A stretch of 63,645 bases of DNA from Lama glama. Lineage: Eukaryota. Under the pieces are notes generated by a model, which worked only from the letters and a program-made list of their open reading frames with translations, searched no databases and was not told the DNA's origin. Below are positions 1 to 13,100 of the stretch, one piece after another (the stretch's first letter is position 1; the number at the start of each line of letters is the position of its first letter). Position numbers and translations under genes: made by a program. Where the stretch lies: contig CM052817.1 in NCBI GenBank assembly GCA_028534125.1, forward strand, positions 11,720,001 to 11,783,645, given 5' to 3'.

Positions 1-75
1 GACAGAGACCAGGTATGGCTGCCAACACCTAGAATATTTACCGTCTTGCTGTTTACAGAAGTTTGCTGACCCCTG
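1..75 (+). mobile_element. MER58-like hAT-Charlie element, terminal part (cut by window start)
   Basis: 'aatatttaccgtcttgctgtttacagaagtttgctgacccctg' resembles the MER58 end '...tttacagaaaaagtttgccgacccctg'. Confidence 0.75.
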
Positions 76-599
76 CGCTGGAGGGATATGGATTTGTTTG
101 TTGACCCATCCTAAATTTACCAGAGACTTGCTCAAGGGCCCATTTTGTGTTTCTTGGTAGACTGAACTGAATTCCCAGTCTGAGGAAAGATATGTGGCCA
201 CAGACAGCTCTGTTTGCTTCTCAACTGCCCTTCTCCACTCTCCTTCAGGTTAGGGGGTGTGTGCGATAATCATGACCCAGGAACACAGCTGCCCCAGCAG
301 GGACCACATTGTGATTCAGCAGAAAAGGTGAAACTAGTGCTCAAATCTTCTGCCTGAACGTCTTGTGAGGTCTTCTTCCTTTAACAGGGTCCTGGGCACT
401 CAAGAAAACTCAAGGAGTTCTTTTTTTCCCCCTTCTTTAAAGGGATTTATACCTCTGGGAAGAATTACTAAGCAAAGACTCTTGTCTGGATTATGTCAGT
501 GCACCTTCGATAGGTCTCACTGCCCTCCGCTGGTCTCCTGCACTTTGTTCTTTCCTCTGCTACAGCACACATGCACGGAAGTGTGACCGTTGGCTTCTC

Positions 600-710
600 T
601 GTATCTTCTAGACAGTGAGTTCCTTGAGGGCAAGTTTTTTTATATCTCTGTGTTATGAGCATCTGACAAGAGCTAGGCTCATGGGAGATGCTCACAAGAT
701 GTTCAGGGAA
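600..710 (+). mobile_element. L2 3' end fragment
   Basis: 'ctagacagtgagttccttgagggca...' resembles the L2 3' motif 'ctagactgtgagctccttgagggcag'. Confidence 0.6.
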
Positions 711-2473
711 TCAACAAAGTCCATGCTCCTCACACGGGGTTACAAATCTGCAGAGTCCATGGTGTTGTGACAAGAGGTCCCTACAGCCCCAGATTATACA
801 TGGCCTGCCTTTGTGAGTATTTGTAGTACCTAAAGATCTATGGTAGAAATTTTGATTTTTATATTTAAACAAGCATGGCCAGATTACAGAGTAAAGACTC
901 AGAATGTTTAAAGGTGGAGCACAGACTTCAAAGAACTTGACCTGCTTAAGGTGGCCATTTGGTGGAGGGTCCACCACAGGTCCCTGGAGTGGGGAGGAGG
1001 GTGGCAGATACAAATGCATTCTCTCCTACTGGTGAGGTCTCTGGGTGGAATGGTCAGAGAAGGACTAAAGTGCTGTATTTCTGCAAGTCCTCCATGTGAC
1101 ATTATTAACAGTGGGGTTGGGACAGTCAGATCAAACCTTCTGGTTTGTGAAGGAGGCAGAAAGATGGAACAGAGAGGCCCTTGGTAGGACTTGGTGGACT
1201 TGATCAGTGCTTAGAGATGCATCATACCTTCTGTCAGGGATCCTCAAACATGGATTTAGACCTTTAGCCCAAGGGTCCTTTGAGAATCTGTGAAAAGCTG
1301 TAGACTCTAAGAAATTGCACTATTAACTTGGGTGTAGGAGAACAATACTTTAACTTAATGTTTATCATAATCTTTGCTGCCAGGCGGGGGAATTTAATCT
1401 TAACCAATTTAGAGTTATTCCCTGGGAATGTGACTAAAACCTCAGTGATATGGGGAAGGGTAAAAAATGAGTTAATGTTTAATGAGGTGTAGGTCTGCAT
1501 TGTTCTCCTAGATGACATTGTCCTTGACTCCTTCTGGTCTTCGGTGGTTTTTCCAGCAGACACTCATAAGCTTTCCCTGTCAAGCAGTCTGTCACTCCGG
1601 TCTGTTCTCTCTCCCTAAGCTAGTCATTTTGTTCCTTTAGGTTCTTTTTGCTTCTCCCCTGATGCACTGGGTCACTAGAATCTGGATGGAGCCTGGCTAT
1701 AGCCCTTCTGCACCCCTGTTAGTCTTGGGGAGATTAGGGATCATGCAACACACACCAGGCTTTTACGTACAATTCCATTATATCTGTGGATCTCAGGTTA
1801 ATAACCCCTGCACAAGTCTAAGTCTAAAAAAGGAGGCCTGCTATTTTCAGTGTGAATGGAGGTGAGGAAGAGAGGATGAGGTGAACCAGGAGGTTCTCTC
1901 CTGATGCCCCAACTCCTGCCGGGGGGAAGGAGGGAGGGGAGAAAAGGAGGAGGGGGCACAGCACGTAGCACATCACTGGCAGCAGGCAGCAGCTAGCATC
2001 CAAACATGGCCACGTGCCTACTGCACTGTGTAGTTCTATAGCTCTTTGGCAGCGCTCACAGGCACGCTGTCTCCGAGTGCTATTGATTTCTCAGGGAAAA
2101 GAGATCAAAAACAAGTGTTACACTTGGTGTCCTGTGTCTTCTGGGGGAAGTAAATGGATTAGCCAAATTGGACAGACAAGATCAGGGCAAAGAGAGAGGA
2201 CGCTCCCTCAAACTGCCTACCTCGAAATGGGATCTCCTAAAATGATCCGCAGGGGAAATAAAATGACTGGGCAGGGCAGGGATTTGTCCTGTACTGGGAT
2301 CGAATGTCACGTTTTGTTTCCGTCTCAGCTTCGCATCCTGAGACTCAAACCCCTGTACTCTCCGCCGGACTGCTGTTTGATGTCAGCAGCTCTGCTTGCC
2401 TGTCTCTTGACCATCCTCATCCCCCAAGCTGCCAGGGCGGGTTATCACTTTGCTTCTGGCTATTACTCTAGAA

Positions 2474-2674
2474 CAGCACTGTTCAATGAAACTTTTTGTG
2501 ATTATGTAAACGTGTGAGCAGTTCTCTGCTGTTAAATACAGTAGTCACTGGCCTCCTGTGGCTTTGAGCACTTGAAATGCGGCTGGTATGACTGTAGAAC
2601 TGGATGGTTAATTTTCGTTAATTTAAGTTGAAGTAGCCACATGTAGCTATTTGCTCTCATCCTGGACAGTGCAG
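2474..2674 (+). mobile_element. MER3 (hAT-Charlie MITE)
   Basis: Starts cagcactgttcaat, has internal 'gagcacttgaaatgcggctgg' and 'tagccacatgtagcta', ends 'tggacagtgcag'; ~200 bp. Confidence 0.85.
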
Positions 2675-2692
2675 TTTTCGCCTTCTGCGATA

Positions 2693-2850
2693 CAGCAGTG
2701 TGAATTAGTGGCATCCATGCATACCACCTGGGCTTGGGAGGTTGTTAGAAATAGTATTTTGGGCCCCGCCTCAGATCTACTGAACCAGAGCCTGAATTTT
2801 AACAGTATCTCCAGGCATTAGAGTGCACATTAAAATCTGGGAAGCAGTGC
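2693..2850. mobile_element. MER5-family hAT-Charlie element
   Basis: 'gttgttagaaat...gggccccgcctcagatctactgaaccagag...attttaacag...cacattaaaatctgggaagcagtg'. Confidence 0.7.
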
Positions 2851-2881
2851 TTGAAATGACTGAGGCTCAGGAAAAGATGTG

Positions 2882-3243
2882 GTATCAACTGGGGTAAACT
2901 GGGTTATGCTACGGTAGCAAACAATCCCCAAATCCTAATAACTTAAAATGTAAACAAGTTTTACTTTTCACTAATGCTTGTCCATTATGGGCCAGAGGGA
3001 TCTCTGTCCTACGTGATTCTCACTCCAGGTCCCAGGCTAATGGACCAGTACTCTCTGGATCAGTTGGCAGAGGGAAAAGAGAGAGCACAGTGGATTCTGC
3101 TCACATTTCACTGGCCAAAGCAAATCATGTGACCACACCTAACGCTAAGGTGGTAAAGGATGATCCTATCATATGCCCAGAAGATGGAGAAACAGAATAT
3201 TCAGTGAGCATACTTGGTGAATAGCACTAGTGACTGCCACACA
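2882..3243 (-). mobile_element. Old MaLR solo LTR (MLT1K/L-like)
   Basis: 'ggttatgctacggtagcaaacaatccccaaatc' and 'gctcacatttcactggccaaagcaaatcatgtgaccacacctaac'; ends 'actgccacaca'. Confidence 0.75.
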
Positions 3244-3469
3244 CAACAAGCATAATCAGGTTTTTGTTTTGTTTTAACAACCGGTTTTAAGCCTCATCGT
3301 TTCAAGCCTGGACTTGCAATAGCTTTCTAATTGGTCTCTTTGCTGTCTTTTTTTCCTCTACATCACTACCATGCTAATCCTCCTAAGGCATAGCTCTGAG
3401 TATGTAATTTTTCCACTCAAAACCCTTCAGTGACACCTCACTGTCTACCCAGTTAAGTAAACTCCCTTT

Positions 3470-3670
3470 AGGATGATGTAGTGGAAAGAATGCTACTCAT
3501 TTATCTGTGTGACCTTGAATATCATTGCTTAAATTCTCTGAATCTCAGTTTTCTCATCATTTAACTTAGAGATAAAAATTCCTGCCTCCAAGGGCTGCTA
3601 TGAATCTTAAATTAAATAATGTGTATAAAGTGCCTGGTGCATGAAATGTTTAGTAAATAAGAGCATAATC
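3470..3670 (+). mobile_element. MIR SINE within L2 debris (L2 fragments ~3300-4100)
   Basis: MIR core 'ctgtgtgaccttgaatatcattgcttaaattctctgaatctcagttttctcatc'. Confidence 0.75.
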
Positions 3671-4714
3671 ATCGTCATGAGCTCTTGGGGCACACTGTGC
3701 ATGGCTATATTATAGTATTAACCCAAGCCATATTGAAATGACCTATTGCAATGCTGTTTCTCCTAGTAGATTCAAATTCCTTAAGGGTAGGGACTGTGCC
3801 TTTGACTTTACAACTACTGAATTTAGTGTGAGACTCTCATGTAGAGACAGTTCTTACTAAATGTTCAAACTGCATGCATTAGTCAAACATTTAGAGCTTG
3901 CCTAGCAAGGATGTCTTATGTGTATATTCAGTGTTATAACCAAGCTGGACCACTTGCTGCTCCTTGAATGAACAGCTAAGTTTTTCACCTCTGACATTTG
4001 TGCATAATGTTTCTGATGTACACTTTTTCCTTCCTCTATCTTAGCCTTTCAAAAGTTTACTCATCTCTCAAAGTCATCTAAAATAGCATCTCTGCTGTGA
4101 ATATTTTTCTAATTTCTGCACCTGAAAGTAGCAGCTCCATTCTTTGAACATCTGTAGTATTCAGAGAAGATTTCACACAGCAAAGCCATGACCTGGGATT
4201 TTCTCTGAAAAAATGATGACCAGGGAGCTCTACTTGGAAGGCAAGGTTGAGAACAGGAGACAGAGAGGACCCTCCAGATTGACCCAGGAGGGATCACACA
4301 TTTTTAGATGGCTGAAGTGTGGGGAATATGGGGAAAGAAGGCAGAAGGAAGGCCAGAGAGACAGGAAGGTGTTAGAGGATGCTGGTTTTGCAGCCCATGG
4401 TAAGGAGTTTCAGTTTTATCCTGTGACAATGGATATGGCTTTAAGCAGGGAAGTGACATATTTGTGACCTGGAGGAACCAATTTATTGAGGATGAAGGTC
4501 TGATATGAAAAGAGATATTTAATAGTTGGCCCCCAATTCTCTGTGTTAAGCCATTTAGCATTCTCTGTGTTTTCTGATCATGATTTTGTCTTTCCAGTGT
4601 TTTTCCTTTACTTAGGTAATTTATTTAATCCAACTATCTACCTATGTATATATTTTCATCCCTTTTCTTAAGCCTGCATTCCAAGCATCATCTTGCAACT
4701 TCAATCATCTATCA

Positions 4715-5170
4715 CTTAGAAATTACATTTGGCTTTTTTATATAAAGTCCCTTCTCTCAATAGTGATTTCAATAAGATAGAAGCTTAATTTTCTCTCATG
4801 TAAAATAAGTCTGGAGGTAGGTTTCACAGTTTTATCAGGGACTAAGACTTGTATTTGTTTCCCGTGCCATCCTTGGCCAGTGGCTTCCATTTCGCAAGAT
4901 TACCTGGTGCAAAATGACTGCTGGAGCTCCTACCATCACATCCCCACTTCTGGCAGTAGGAAAGAAGAAGCAGAAAAGAATGAATGCTTCCTGAGAGTTC
5001 TGTATAATGCATCTGCTTATAATCATTGGTAAACACTTACTCACAGGGCTACAAGGGAGGTGAAAAATGTAGACTTTTATTCTAAGTGGCAATATACCCA
5101 GCTAAAAATTATTATTTTTTAACTAAGAAGGAAGAAGAGACTTGTGAAAGTGGGAAACTGGCAGCCTTTG
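4715..5170 (-). mobile_element. MLT1J-like MaLR LTR
   Basis: 'aaaatgactgctggagctcctaccatcacatcc...ggcagtaggaaagaagaag' and 'gctacaagggaggtgaaaaatgtag' resemble MLT1J. Confidence 0.65.
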
Positions 5171-5574
5171 ATATAGTATATTACTCCAGCCTTCATTATA
5201 TTACATCTGTTTTTTTGAAGACTTTATACTTCCACTAATATATACTTGCCAAGAATTCCATCCTACCAAGTCCTACTGGTGTCTATTTGTCTTGCTGCCT
5301 TTAAAAATTGATCTCAACTTATGTATTACTAACACTCTGTGCCTTGATGCATGCACATCTGCTCATTCTGCATATGATAATTCTTGGTCAAAGTCCACCC
5401 TTCTTAATCTTAACCTTCAGTCTTAGATCTCAGCAAGGGAGAGAACAGCCAGGGCATACTGTGAAAAGTGAACACAGACACCTCAGATATATTTGAGGAG
5501 ACATACCTCAATCTATACCCATCTAAATGAGGAATACATTATTTTCTTTGCCCAGATTTACTTGTTCCAAAAGT

Positions 5575-6014
5575 GCCCTGTTTGGTTTGTTGTCAACTTT
5601 GCCTCCCTATGACCCCCTTCTCTTATTTTCTCTGCATTGCAGAAGAGAAGTTAGGAACTACGTTTATCCATGTCCTCATTCCTATATTGCTCCAGTTTAG
5701 AATTTCCTAATGAAAGGAATTTGTATAAGATTTGCAAGCAGAAGAGCAGGAGAAACCAGTGTTCTCTGGAGGCCACTGCAAACCCGAGCAGCTTCCTGGG
5801 CACTGTGCCCAATATACTTGTTGCCTCAAGCTGAGTTCCAGCTGCTGGCCAAGCTACCCGTGGTGGCTCTTCCGTGATTTCACTGGCAACTTCTTACGCC
5901 TCTCTTCCCCTAGATCTTCTAATGGCTGTAAAATTCCCTAACTCCTGTATTAAATACTTTATGTTGACATAATAGAATGGCTTTTCTTTTCCTAAATGAG
6001 GACTGGTTGATATA
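5575..6014 (+). mobile_element. ERVL solo LTR (LTR33-like)
   Basis: 3' end 'ttccctaactcctgtattaaatacttt...aatagaatggcttttcttttcct...actggttgatata' resembles LTR33. Confidence 0.55.
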
Positions 6015-6569
6015 CTCCCTCTCATCTCAGTTATTTGCTTACAAAACTTTGAAGGCTCTTTTCTTGGAAGACTATTTCTATAGCCCGGCAAGTGTATTAA
6101 TTTACATTGCAAATATCTTTTAAAACTGTATATATAAGAATATTAAATGTATATAATGTAATTATATGTCACATAATTATATATTACAATTTAAGTTAAG
6201 TCTTTATATAAGTATTTCTCTCACCCCCCCCCTCGAAGGGTTGATTTCCCCAGAGTTCTAGACAGTAACTAATACCTATCACTTTAATAAAATTATGACA
6301 AGAATATCTCCCACTTTTCGCTGTAAAAAGGTATTAGGAGCCAATGGTGAGCTGGAGGGGAGAGTAGGGAAAGTGATGGAGTCAAAAAGTGAGGGGATGC
6401 CCCAAGCCTGGTGGGATTCCAGCCTGAGCTCCCAGCCCTGCACTCCTTGTTCAGTTACAGAGCTCAGCTTCCATTAGTTGGTGAATTAGTGATCCACCCA
6501 AGATTTCATTTGACGGGAAGTATTTCACTGCTTAAAAATAAAGTTGAAAAGTGCTACTTTAAAACCTTA

Positions 6570-6740
6570 GATTCGAGATGTGTATTACAAGTCTCAGCTC
6601 CTCCACTTGTTGGCCATATGACTTTGGGCATGTCATGAGAACTCTCTGGGTTCAGCTTCCTCAGGGTTACAATAATACCAATGCCAAAGCATTGTTGAGA
6701 AGATGAAAAGAAATAATGCCCAGAAATGTGAAGGGCTGTA
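6570..6740 (+). mobile_element. MIR SINE
   Basis: 'agtctcagctcctccacttgttggccatatgactttgggcatgtca...ctctctgggttcagcttcctca'. Confidence 0.7.
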
Positions 6741-7117
6741 CCAGTCAAGGGTCATGCTCTCAAATGCCTGCGGGGTTTAAGCCAGTGACATGAATGAATG
6801 AAATAGGCCAGCGTAAATGGGAACGCATATGTCCCAATGAAAAGGGGCATTCTTAATTTATGTTTTTGTTAACATTTGGGAATGTGATCAAATCTTTCCA
6901 TTTTTGAAGAAAATCTGGAAATATGGATTTTTAGAGGAGAATCTCAGGATTTTTCAAATGTTGATACAAATATAAATATGTTGCTAATAATATAAATTTT
7001 AGAAGACCCATCAAAGCACGCTTGTTCATTTGTGGCTTCTTGATATGACCTTTACACAGATAACCAATTACTATTATTTTTAATGTGCCTTGGAAGCTGT
7101 TTTTCTTTAACCTTTCC

Positions 7118-7592
7118 TGTGAGCCCGCCTATGTCCCTGATTCTGGTAACACACCTTCCCCCTTGACCCAGTCTGGCTGGTTGTAGTTTCCCATCTGATG
7201 GGGGTATTTGATCAAGGTGGGGCCAATCAGGTTTCTTCTAGGGATCAATACGTGGACTCCATGGGAATTAGGCTGTCTTTCCTCCCTTGTGTTACTTGGC
7301 TGGTCTTAAGTTGGCCTAGAGATGTATGTCAGTGGCCATATTCCTTAGCCACTTGGTAGAAATCCAGTGGAAACAGAGAATAAGGCAAAAAGGCAGACGT
7401 GAAAGAGACTAAGAGTCTTGGCAGTACTGAGTCAGGAAGAACTTTGCTTTTACAGCTCTTCTTTAATCCTGAGAATTACAAAATTATCCCTTTTAGCCAT
7501 GAGGGCCTGTGAATTCCCTTTCGGTTTGCTAATGGTAATTTGAATTAAGCTTGTTTTAATCACATCCAACCAAAAAGACTATTTACTATTAG
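7118..7592 (+). mobile_element. Old ERVL LTR remnant (LTR16-like)
   Basis: 'ggggccaatcagg' and 3' end 'tcacatccaaccaaaaagactatttactatta'. Confidence 0.45.
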
Positions 7593-9729
7593 TAATAGTA
7601 GTATTAGTAGAGGTAGAATTTCATTATCCATCAATTACTTTAAATACAAGGTAAAAGTAAATTTTTGGATTTTGAAGAACTATCCTTGAACTAAAATTAG
7701 TTTTGAAGCATTTAAGAAAACTTGGTATTTGGGATAGTGCAAAGGTTAAAGCACAAAATGAGGCTTTCTATTCTCATAGTCTGGAGTGTGCACTGGCCCT
7801 TCATATATTCTCTACAATCTGTCATCTCTTCATAGGATCTTAGAGAAGTTTCCTTGTACCATTGTGTGAATAATGCAATAGATTTTTATTCTTCTACAGC
7901 AGAAACCAAGAGCATAGGTCTAGAGGGAAAGATTCAGTAGGCACTGACATTATCTGTCTGGGATAAGTACCGATTTGATAAGAAAATGAAAAATAATGCC
8001 TTAAACATTGCACTTTCCTAGATATGTGACGTTTGTAACTAAATAGGTGCGTTTGTCTTTGCTAAATATAACTAAAAGCACTTGAAACCAAGCTGTGAGG
8101 GGGAGAATTAGAAGATACGGAATCATTTTTTTTTTTCTGAAGAGTAAGCACAGAAATCATTTTTTTTGGTTTTAATTTTAAGTGCTTTTTCATCTGAACT
8201 TAAAACGGCAACTGGGCTTGAAGATGAATGACTAGCCTGCTCCTGTGGAGTCAGAGGTGATGGTCCAGGGTCTAGAGAATAGAGAAGCCTTAGGTGGGTT
8301 CACAGTGCAGCCAGAAACATCTTTGCTTCCACATACCTACAACGCTCTCCTACCCAATCCATTTGCAGATGGTATCATGTTTCCAGATTTTTGGACTTCA
8401 TCAAATAAAGTAGATGGAATAAATAACATGTAGGATTCATACATGAGATAATATAAAGGTAAAACATAATCAAGAGTTGAAATGCCTCTCACTTAGCATA
8501 ATCGGAATTTATTTAGGCCTGGAAGGTTAAAGAGTTGATATTGGTGGTAGGAAAAAAAAATTATGTATTAACTTCATGACACTCCAGAAAGATGTAGTGA
8601 TCTCTGAATGATTCTATACATGGTTAGTTTTATTTTAAATACTATCAAAGTGAGCAGAGATTTTGTAGAGAAAAACTTCCCCAGAGATAGGCAAGCATCC
8701 TCCTGGGAGCATAGTTATACAAATGTTCCTCAGAGCTGGCAGAAAGCCCAGAAGTGTGCTTGTAAGCATCATTTAAGGTGTCTCAGGCTCCATCTTCATT
8801 CAGGCCCACGCTGTTTTGAAATTGTGAGCCTTTACCGGGGAAAAAAATCTTAGATGTCAAAACAGAGTTGAAACAGTGAATTCTGTGGGCACTTGGGTTA
8901 AATAAAAACCTCTCCAGATACTGCTCTCTAATTGGGATTGTTTTTGTGAATTTAGTCACATTAATCCATGTCTCAGTTAATTATGCACTAACATTTACAT
9001 GCCTGGAGGCAAATTTACAATTTTTGCTCAGACTTTTTCTGAAAATGTGTTGTTACACTTTGATAAACAGTGACAAGATACTAACTATAAATCGAATTTT
9101 GAGGGGGTTAGAATGCCTGATCTGGCTCTACTGCATGTTAGAATATGAGGGCGTGGCCCCTGCCACTCTACTCATCCGTGACACTAGGCTGAATTTTCTA
9201 CTAAAGATTCGAATTTTATCTGCTGACTTCACTCTTTAAAAATTTCCTTTACTCTTGTCTGTAAGATAAAGACCTAAACATTTCAGCCTAGCATTAAATA
9301 TTCTGGCTTCACCATTCTAGACTATACCTCATGCCAGGCCAGAGTGACCCTCTCAATGCTTGTGATAAGTGCTTGTTGGAGGTGTGAAGTCTGAGCTAAG
9401 AGGCCAGATATGATCTTCACTTCCCTGAGCTACAGTGTGGCCAGATGGAGAGTTATGTGTGTTTCAGTTTCGAGACTTTCCTTTAGAGTCTTGAGATTGT
9501 AGACACCTACCGATTACACAGGAGTAGATATAAACTATCCCTAAATATTCCCAAAAGGTTGCTGGTGATGCTATTAATTTTGCCTGCTTTTAATTAAAAT
9601 TCCAGAATTTTCTATGGTAATATATTTTGATTTATCATAACTTTGAGAATCAGAAGATTATGGAATCTGGGAGGAGAAAATCTTTAACTCATTTAGCTTT
9701 CAACCCAAGGCACAAATGTCTTCCACTAT

Positions 9730-11125
9730 GTTTTTCATGCATTCACTCAGCTGGGAAATATTTATTAAATGCTATGCTGAGCCAGAGATTTTGCCAGGTT
9801 TTATGAAAGACTCTGAGAATAGCAAAATATGCTCTGTCCTCAGGGGGCTATAGTCTCATAGCAGTTATGCTACATGTTTAGAAAAATACTAGCTGATGAC
9901 AGGGATAGATGGATTAATAGAACTGGAGATGGAATGCTAGAGGAGTTTCAGCTTAGGGGAGATTAATTTTGACTGATGGGGTAAAGATAAAGTAGAAAAG
10001 GTAGTGGTCTTTCAGTTGAGGTATAGAGAAGTGTAGTTAAGTTTGAAGCTGTAGAGATGGGAGAGAAAGAAATTCCGGTTGGAAAGATAATGTGAGAAAA
10101 TGAAGGGGTTTTGTACAGGGGACATGGGGAAGGTAGGTGTGGCTGCAACATAGGACATGATTAGCGGGATAACTGGCTGGACGCATGGGTCGAGGGACGC
10201 CTGAGGAGGGGCAGATTTCTGCCAGGTCATTGAGTCTTTTGAAAGGCAGCCGAAATATATTGTGTGCTGCTCTGCAGGAACGGGGGAGGCACTGGCAGTT
10301 CTCAAGCAAGGAAATGGCTTGATCAAACTGAACTATAGGAAGATGACTGTGGGGGCTGAATATCAGGTGGAATGGAGAACGAAGAGACGAGAGTCGGAAA
10401 TGAGCTGGGGGCCATTACGCGGTTCAGGTAAGAGGTTATTAGCTCTAATTAGAGAAGTAGCTGGAGTAACCATGAAGAGGGGGTGGTGTCAAACCTGTGT
10501 GATGCCATGACTGAATAATGGTGGAGGGCAAAGGGAGGAAAGAAGTAGAAGTTAACCTTAGCAGTTTTTATCTAAGTACCTCGGAAAGTGGTGGTGCTGA
10601 GGAGCAGGAACAGATCTGGTGAGGGGACAGTGGGAGTTAGGATGAGTAGGCATAAAGGCTGGCAGCTTGCTAAGGTGGAAATGTCCGGAAAGCAGTGGGA
10701 AATGTGACAGAGAAAGCAGGAAGACGCATTAGCAGTACAAGCAGAGACTTGGGAGTAAAAATGACATTTGATGACATGAAATTGCAGGAGGTCACACAAG
10801 GAGAGCGTAGAGAGGAAGAAAAGAGGAACAAATTCAGATATTTATTCTGAAGAATTTATACATTAAGGGAATGGGAGTTCACAGAGTGAGTATAAACTAA
10901 AGGAGGAACAGTTACAGAGGAAGGAAGATAATCAGGGAAAAAGTGAGACGAGAGCTTCTTAGACCCAGGGATGTGCTCAGTATGAAATGTCCCAAGGAGA
11001 TCAGCAAGGTTGAGGCTTGAGAGAAAGCCAGTATATCTCTTAGATGAAGTAGCTACATGATCACTTGAGAACCCTTTTGGAGAGCATTGTTGCCATAAAT
11101 CAGCTTGTAAGGGTTTAAGAAAAGA
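9730..11125 (-). mobile_element. Degenerate L2 LINE, 3' portion
   Basis: Begins with the antisense L2 tail 'cattcactcag...atatttattaaatgcta'; purine-rich antisense body, e.g. 'ggcactggcagttctcaagcaaggaaatggcttgatcaaact'. Confidence 0.65.
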
Positions 11126-12323
11126 GCTGAGACATCTGTTCCAGATGGGGCAATGTGTTCATGCTGTGTAAACACCTTTTTTGTTCCAAGCACACAATTA
11201 TAGATTTATAAAAACTAAAAAAGGTTGTAAAGGACCTAGTGGGAGATTCTAAACTCAAGGCGAATAAAACCACACAGCACTGGTGACAGCTGCAGCCCAG
11301 ACCTGCTGGGCTTTCTATTTTGAAGCAGGGAGTGGCTCTGGGAGCCTAGTCTCTGTAGACGTGCTCCTCGGGAGGTGGGGAGCACAGCCATGCCACCGAT
11401 GAAGGCTGCACAGTCTCCACCACCTGGGAAGGGAGACTGGAATAAAAATACTCATGATACGTAATTGGTGATCGGCTTTAAAAAGCTGTGGACTGTGGGG
11501 GTTACGGGGAGCTTGGGAAGTAGAGGTGGAAGCAGGGATTCAGGAGAGAAAAAACACAGCCTCATGCCTAGCAGCTAGGTTCCTTCTGCCAGTGGGCTTT
11601 GCACCTGTATCTGTGCATTCCCATGGGAGTGAAGTTGGCCTGGGTCTGGCCTGGGAGACCAGGTTGACCAGTGGACATAACGACAAAACTTCTAGGTATG
11701 AGTGTTAAAGGCATATGTGTGAAACACTAAAACAAGACACACAGACAAAGATAACATTTTAAAAAATGTCTAAAAATCTATCTACTCCAAACAAGTTTGT
11801 AAACAGAATTTTAAAACACATGAAAAAATGAATACTGAAAGGGCAATGAGCAAAATTTTAAAAAATTAAGAACATGAATTAACTCCAGACGAAATTATTA
11901 TAGGAAACTAGTCTGACAAAGACTTTCGTGTTACGGGTGTTTAAGACATCAAAGTGAAAAACGAAGACATATCTTCTATTAAAACTGGAAGTATTACAGA
12001 CAAGATGAGACAAAGAACCCAATACAAAAAAACTGGACCAAATGATTCCTGTTTTATAAAATTTAAAAATTGGCAAAACTCATGTGGTTTTAGAAGGCAG
12101 GATAAGGTGAGTGTTATTTTGTAGGATGAGGAAGAGAGAGGCTACAAGGGGACATTTGAGAGACTTTTTGGGTAGTATTAATATTTTATTTGTTGAATAG
12201 ATTATGATATTCACTAATTTTTATATATATACAGTCATGATTTATAGTCTTTTCTGTACATATATTATAATATAAAGAGTTTATTTTAAAAACGAGAAAA
12301 GAAATAATAAAACAAAACTGGTA

Positions 12324-12484
12324 GGGGGAGAGTATAGCTCAGTGGTAGAGCGCATGCTTAGCATACACAAGGTCCTGGGTTCAATCCCCAGTACCTCCTC
12401 TAAAAATAAATGAACCTAATCACCTCCCTCCCCTGCCAAAATAAAATAATTTAACAATATAATAATAAATAAATAAAATATAAA
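12324..12484 (+). mobile_element. tRNA-Ala-derived SINE (camelid Vic-1-like), copy 1
   Basis: Head 'gggggagagtatagctcagtggtagagcgcatgcttagc...gggttcaatccccagtacctcc' with A and B boxes; A-rich tail; TSD aaaacaaaactggta (12309-12323) / aaaataaaactaggta (12485-12500). Confidence 0.9.
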
Positions 12485-12550
12485 AAAATAAAACTAGGTA
12501 AAATAAGAACAAGTGGCTTTATAAATAAATCTTGGGAATTAAAAGTATAG

Positions 12551-12660
12551 TTTTTTTTTTAATCGAAGTATAATCAATTTACAGTGTTGTGTTAATTTCT
12601 GGTGTACAGCATAGTGATTTTGTTTTCCATATATACATATATATGTATATATATATATGT
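12551..12660 (-). mobile_element. Very short 5'-truncated lineage-specific L1 3' end
   Basis: Poly(T) then 'aatcgaagtataatcaatttacagtgttgtgttaatttctggtgtacagcatagtgatt', the same terminus as the L1s at 13694, 16051 and 46325. Confidence 0.75.
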
Positions 12661-12800
12661 ATAGTTATTGAAACTAAGAAGTATAAAGTTATTTGGGGTT
12701 TTGTGGGCTCCATAAATAACACCCGTCTTTACACCACTTTTTTGAAACCAGTTGAGAGACAGATTCAGGGGCCAGATAGATAGTAAAAGTGAGCTTTATT

Positions 12801-13100
12801 AAATGGAAGAAGCCAGACAAAAAAGCCACATATTGTATGATTCCATTTATACAAAATTACTAGAATAGATAAATCCACAGAGACAGAAAGTAGATTAGTG
12901 GTTTCCAGGGGCTAGGAGTTGGGTAAAGTGGGTATGATGGCTAATGGATACAGGGTTTGTTCTGGGCATGATGAAAATGTTCTGGAACTAAACAGTATGG
13001 CTGCACAACTTTGTGGATATATTAAAAATAAGTCGTACACATCAAAGGAGTGAATATTATGGTCTGTGAATTACATTTCAGTTTAAAAAAATAAAACCTA
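12801..13100 (+). mobile_element. L1MB-type 3' end
   Basis: 'gaagccagacaaaaaagccacatattgtatgattccatttata...agagacagaaagtagattagtggtttccaggggct'; TSD-like aaaagtgagctttatt (12785-12800) / aaaagtgaattttatc (13101-13116). Confidence 0.85.

Noticed and set aside
2014..2517. 167-aa ORF as a protein-coding gene
   Set aside because: GTG start, no recognisable domain, and its 3' end runs into MER3.
4155..4200. 'cagagaagatt' resembling the U6 snRNA ACAGAGA box
   Set aside because: The flanks do not match U6 on either side; a short chance match.
12324..12400. tRNA-Ala gene (also 18157 and 60930-61007)
   Set aside because: Acceptor-stem register is non-canonical, and each copy has the same tRNA-unrelated tail, A-rich end and TSD, so these are SINEs.
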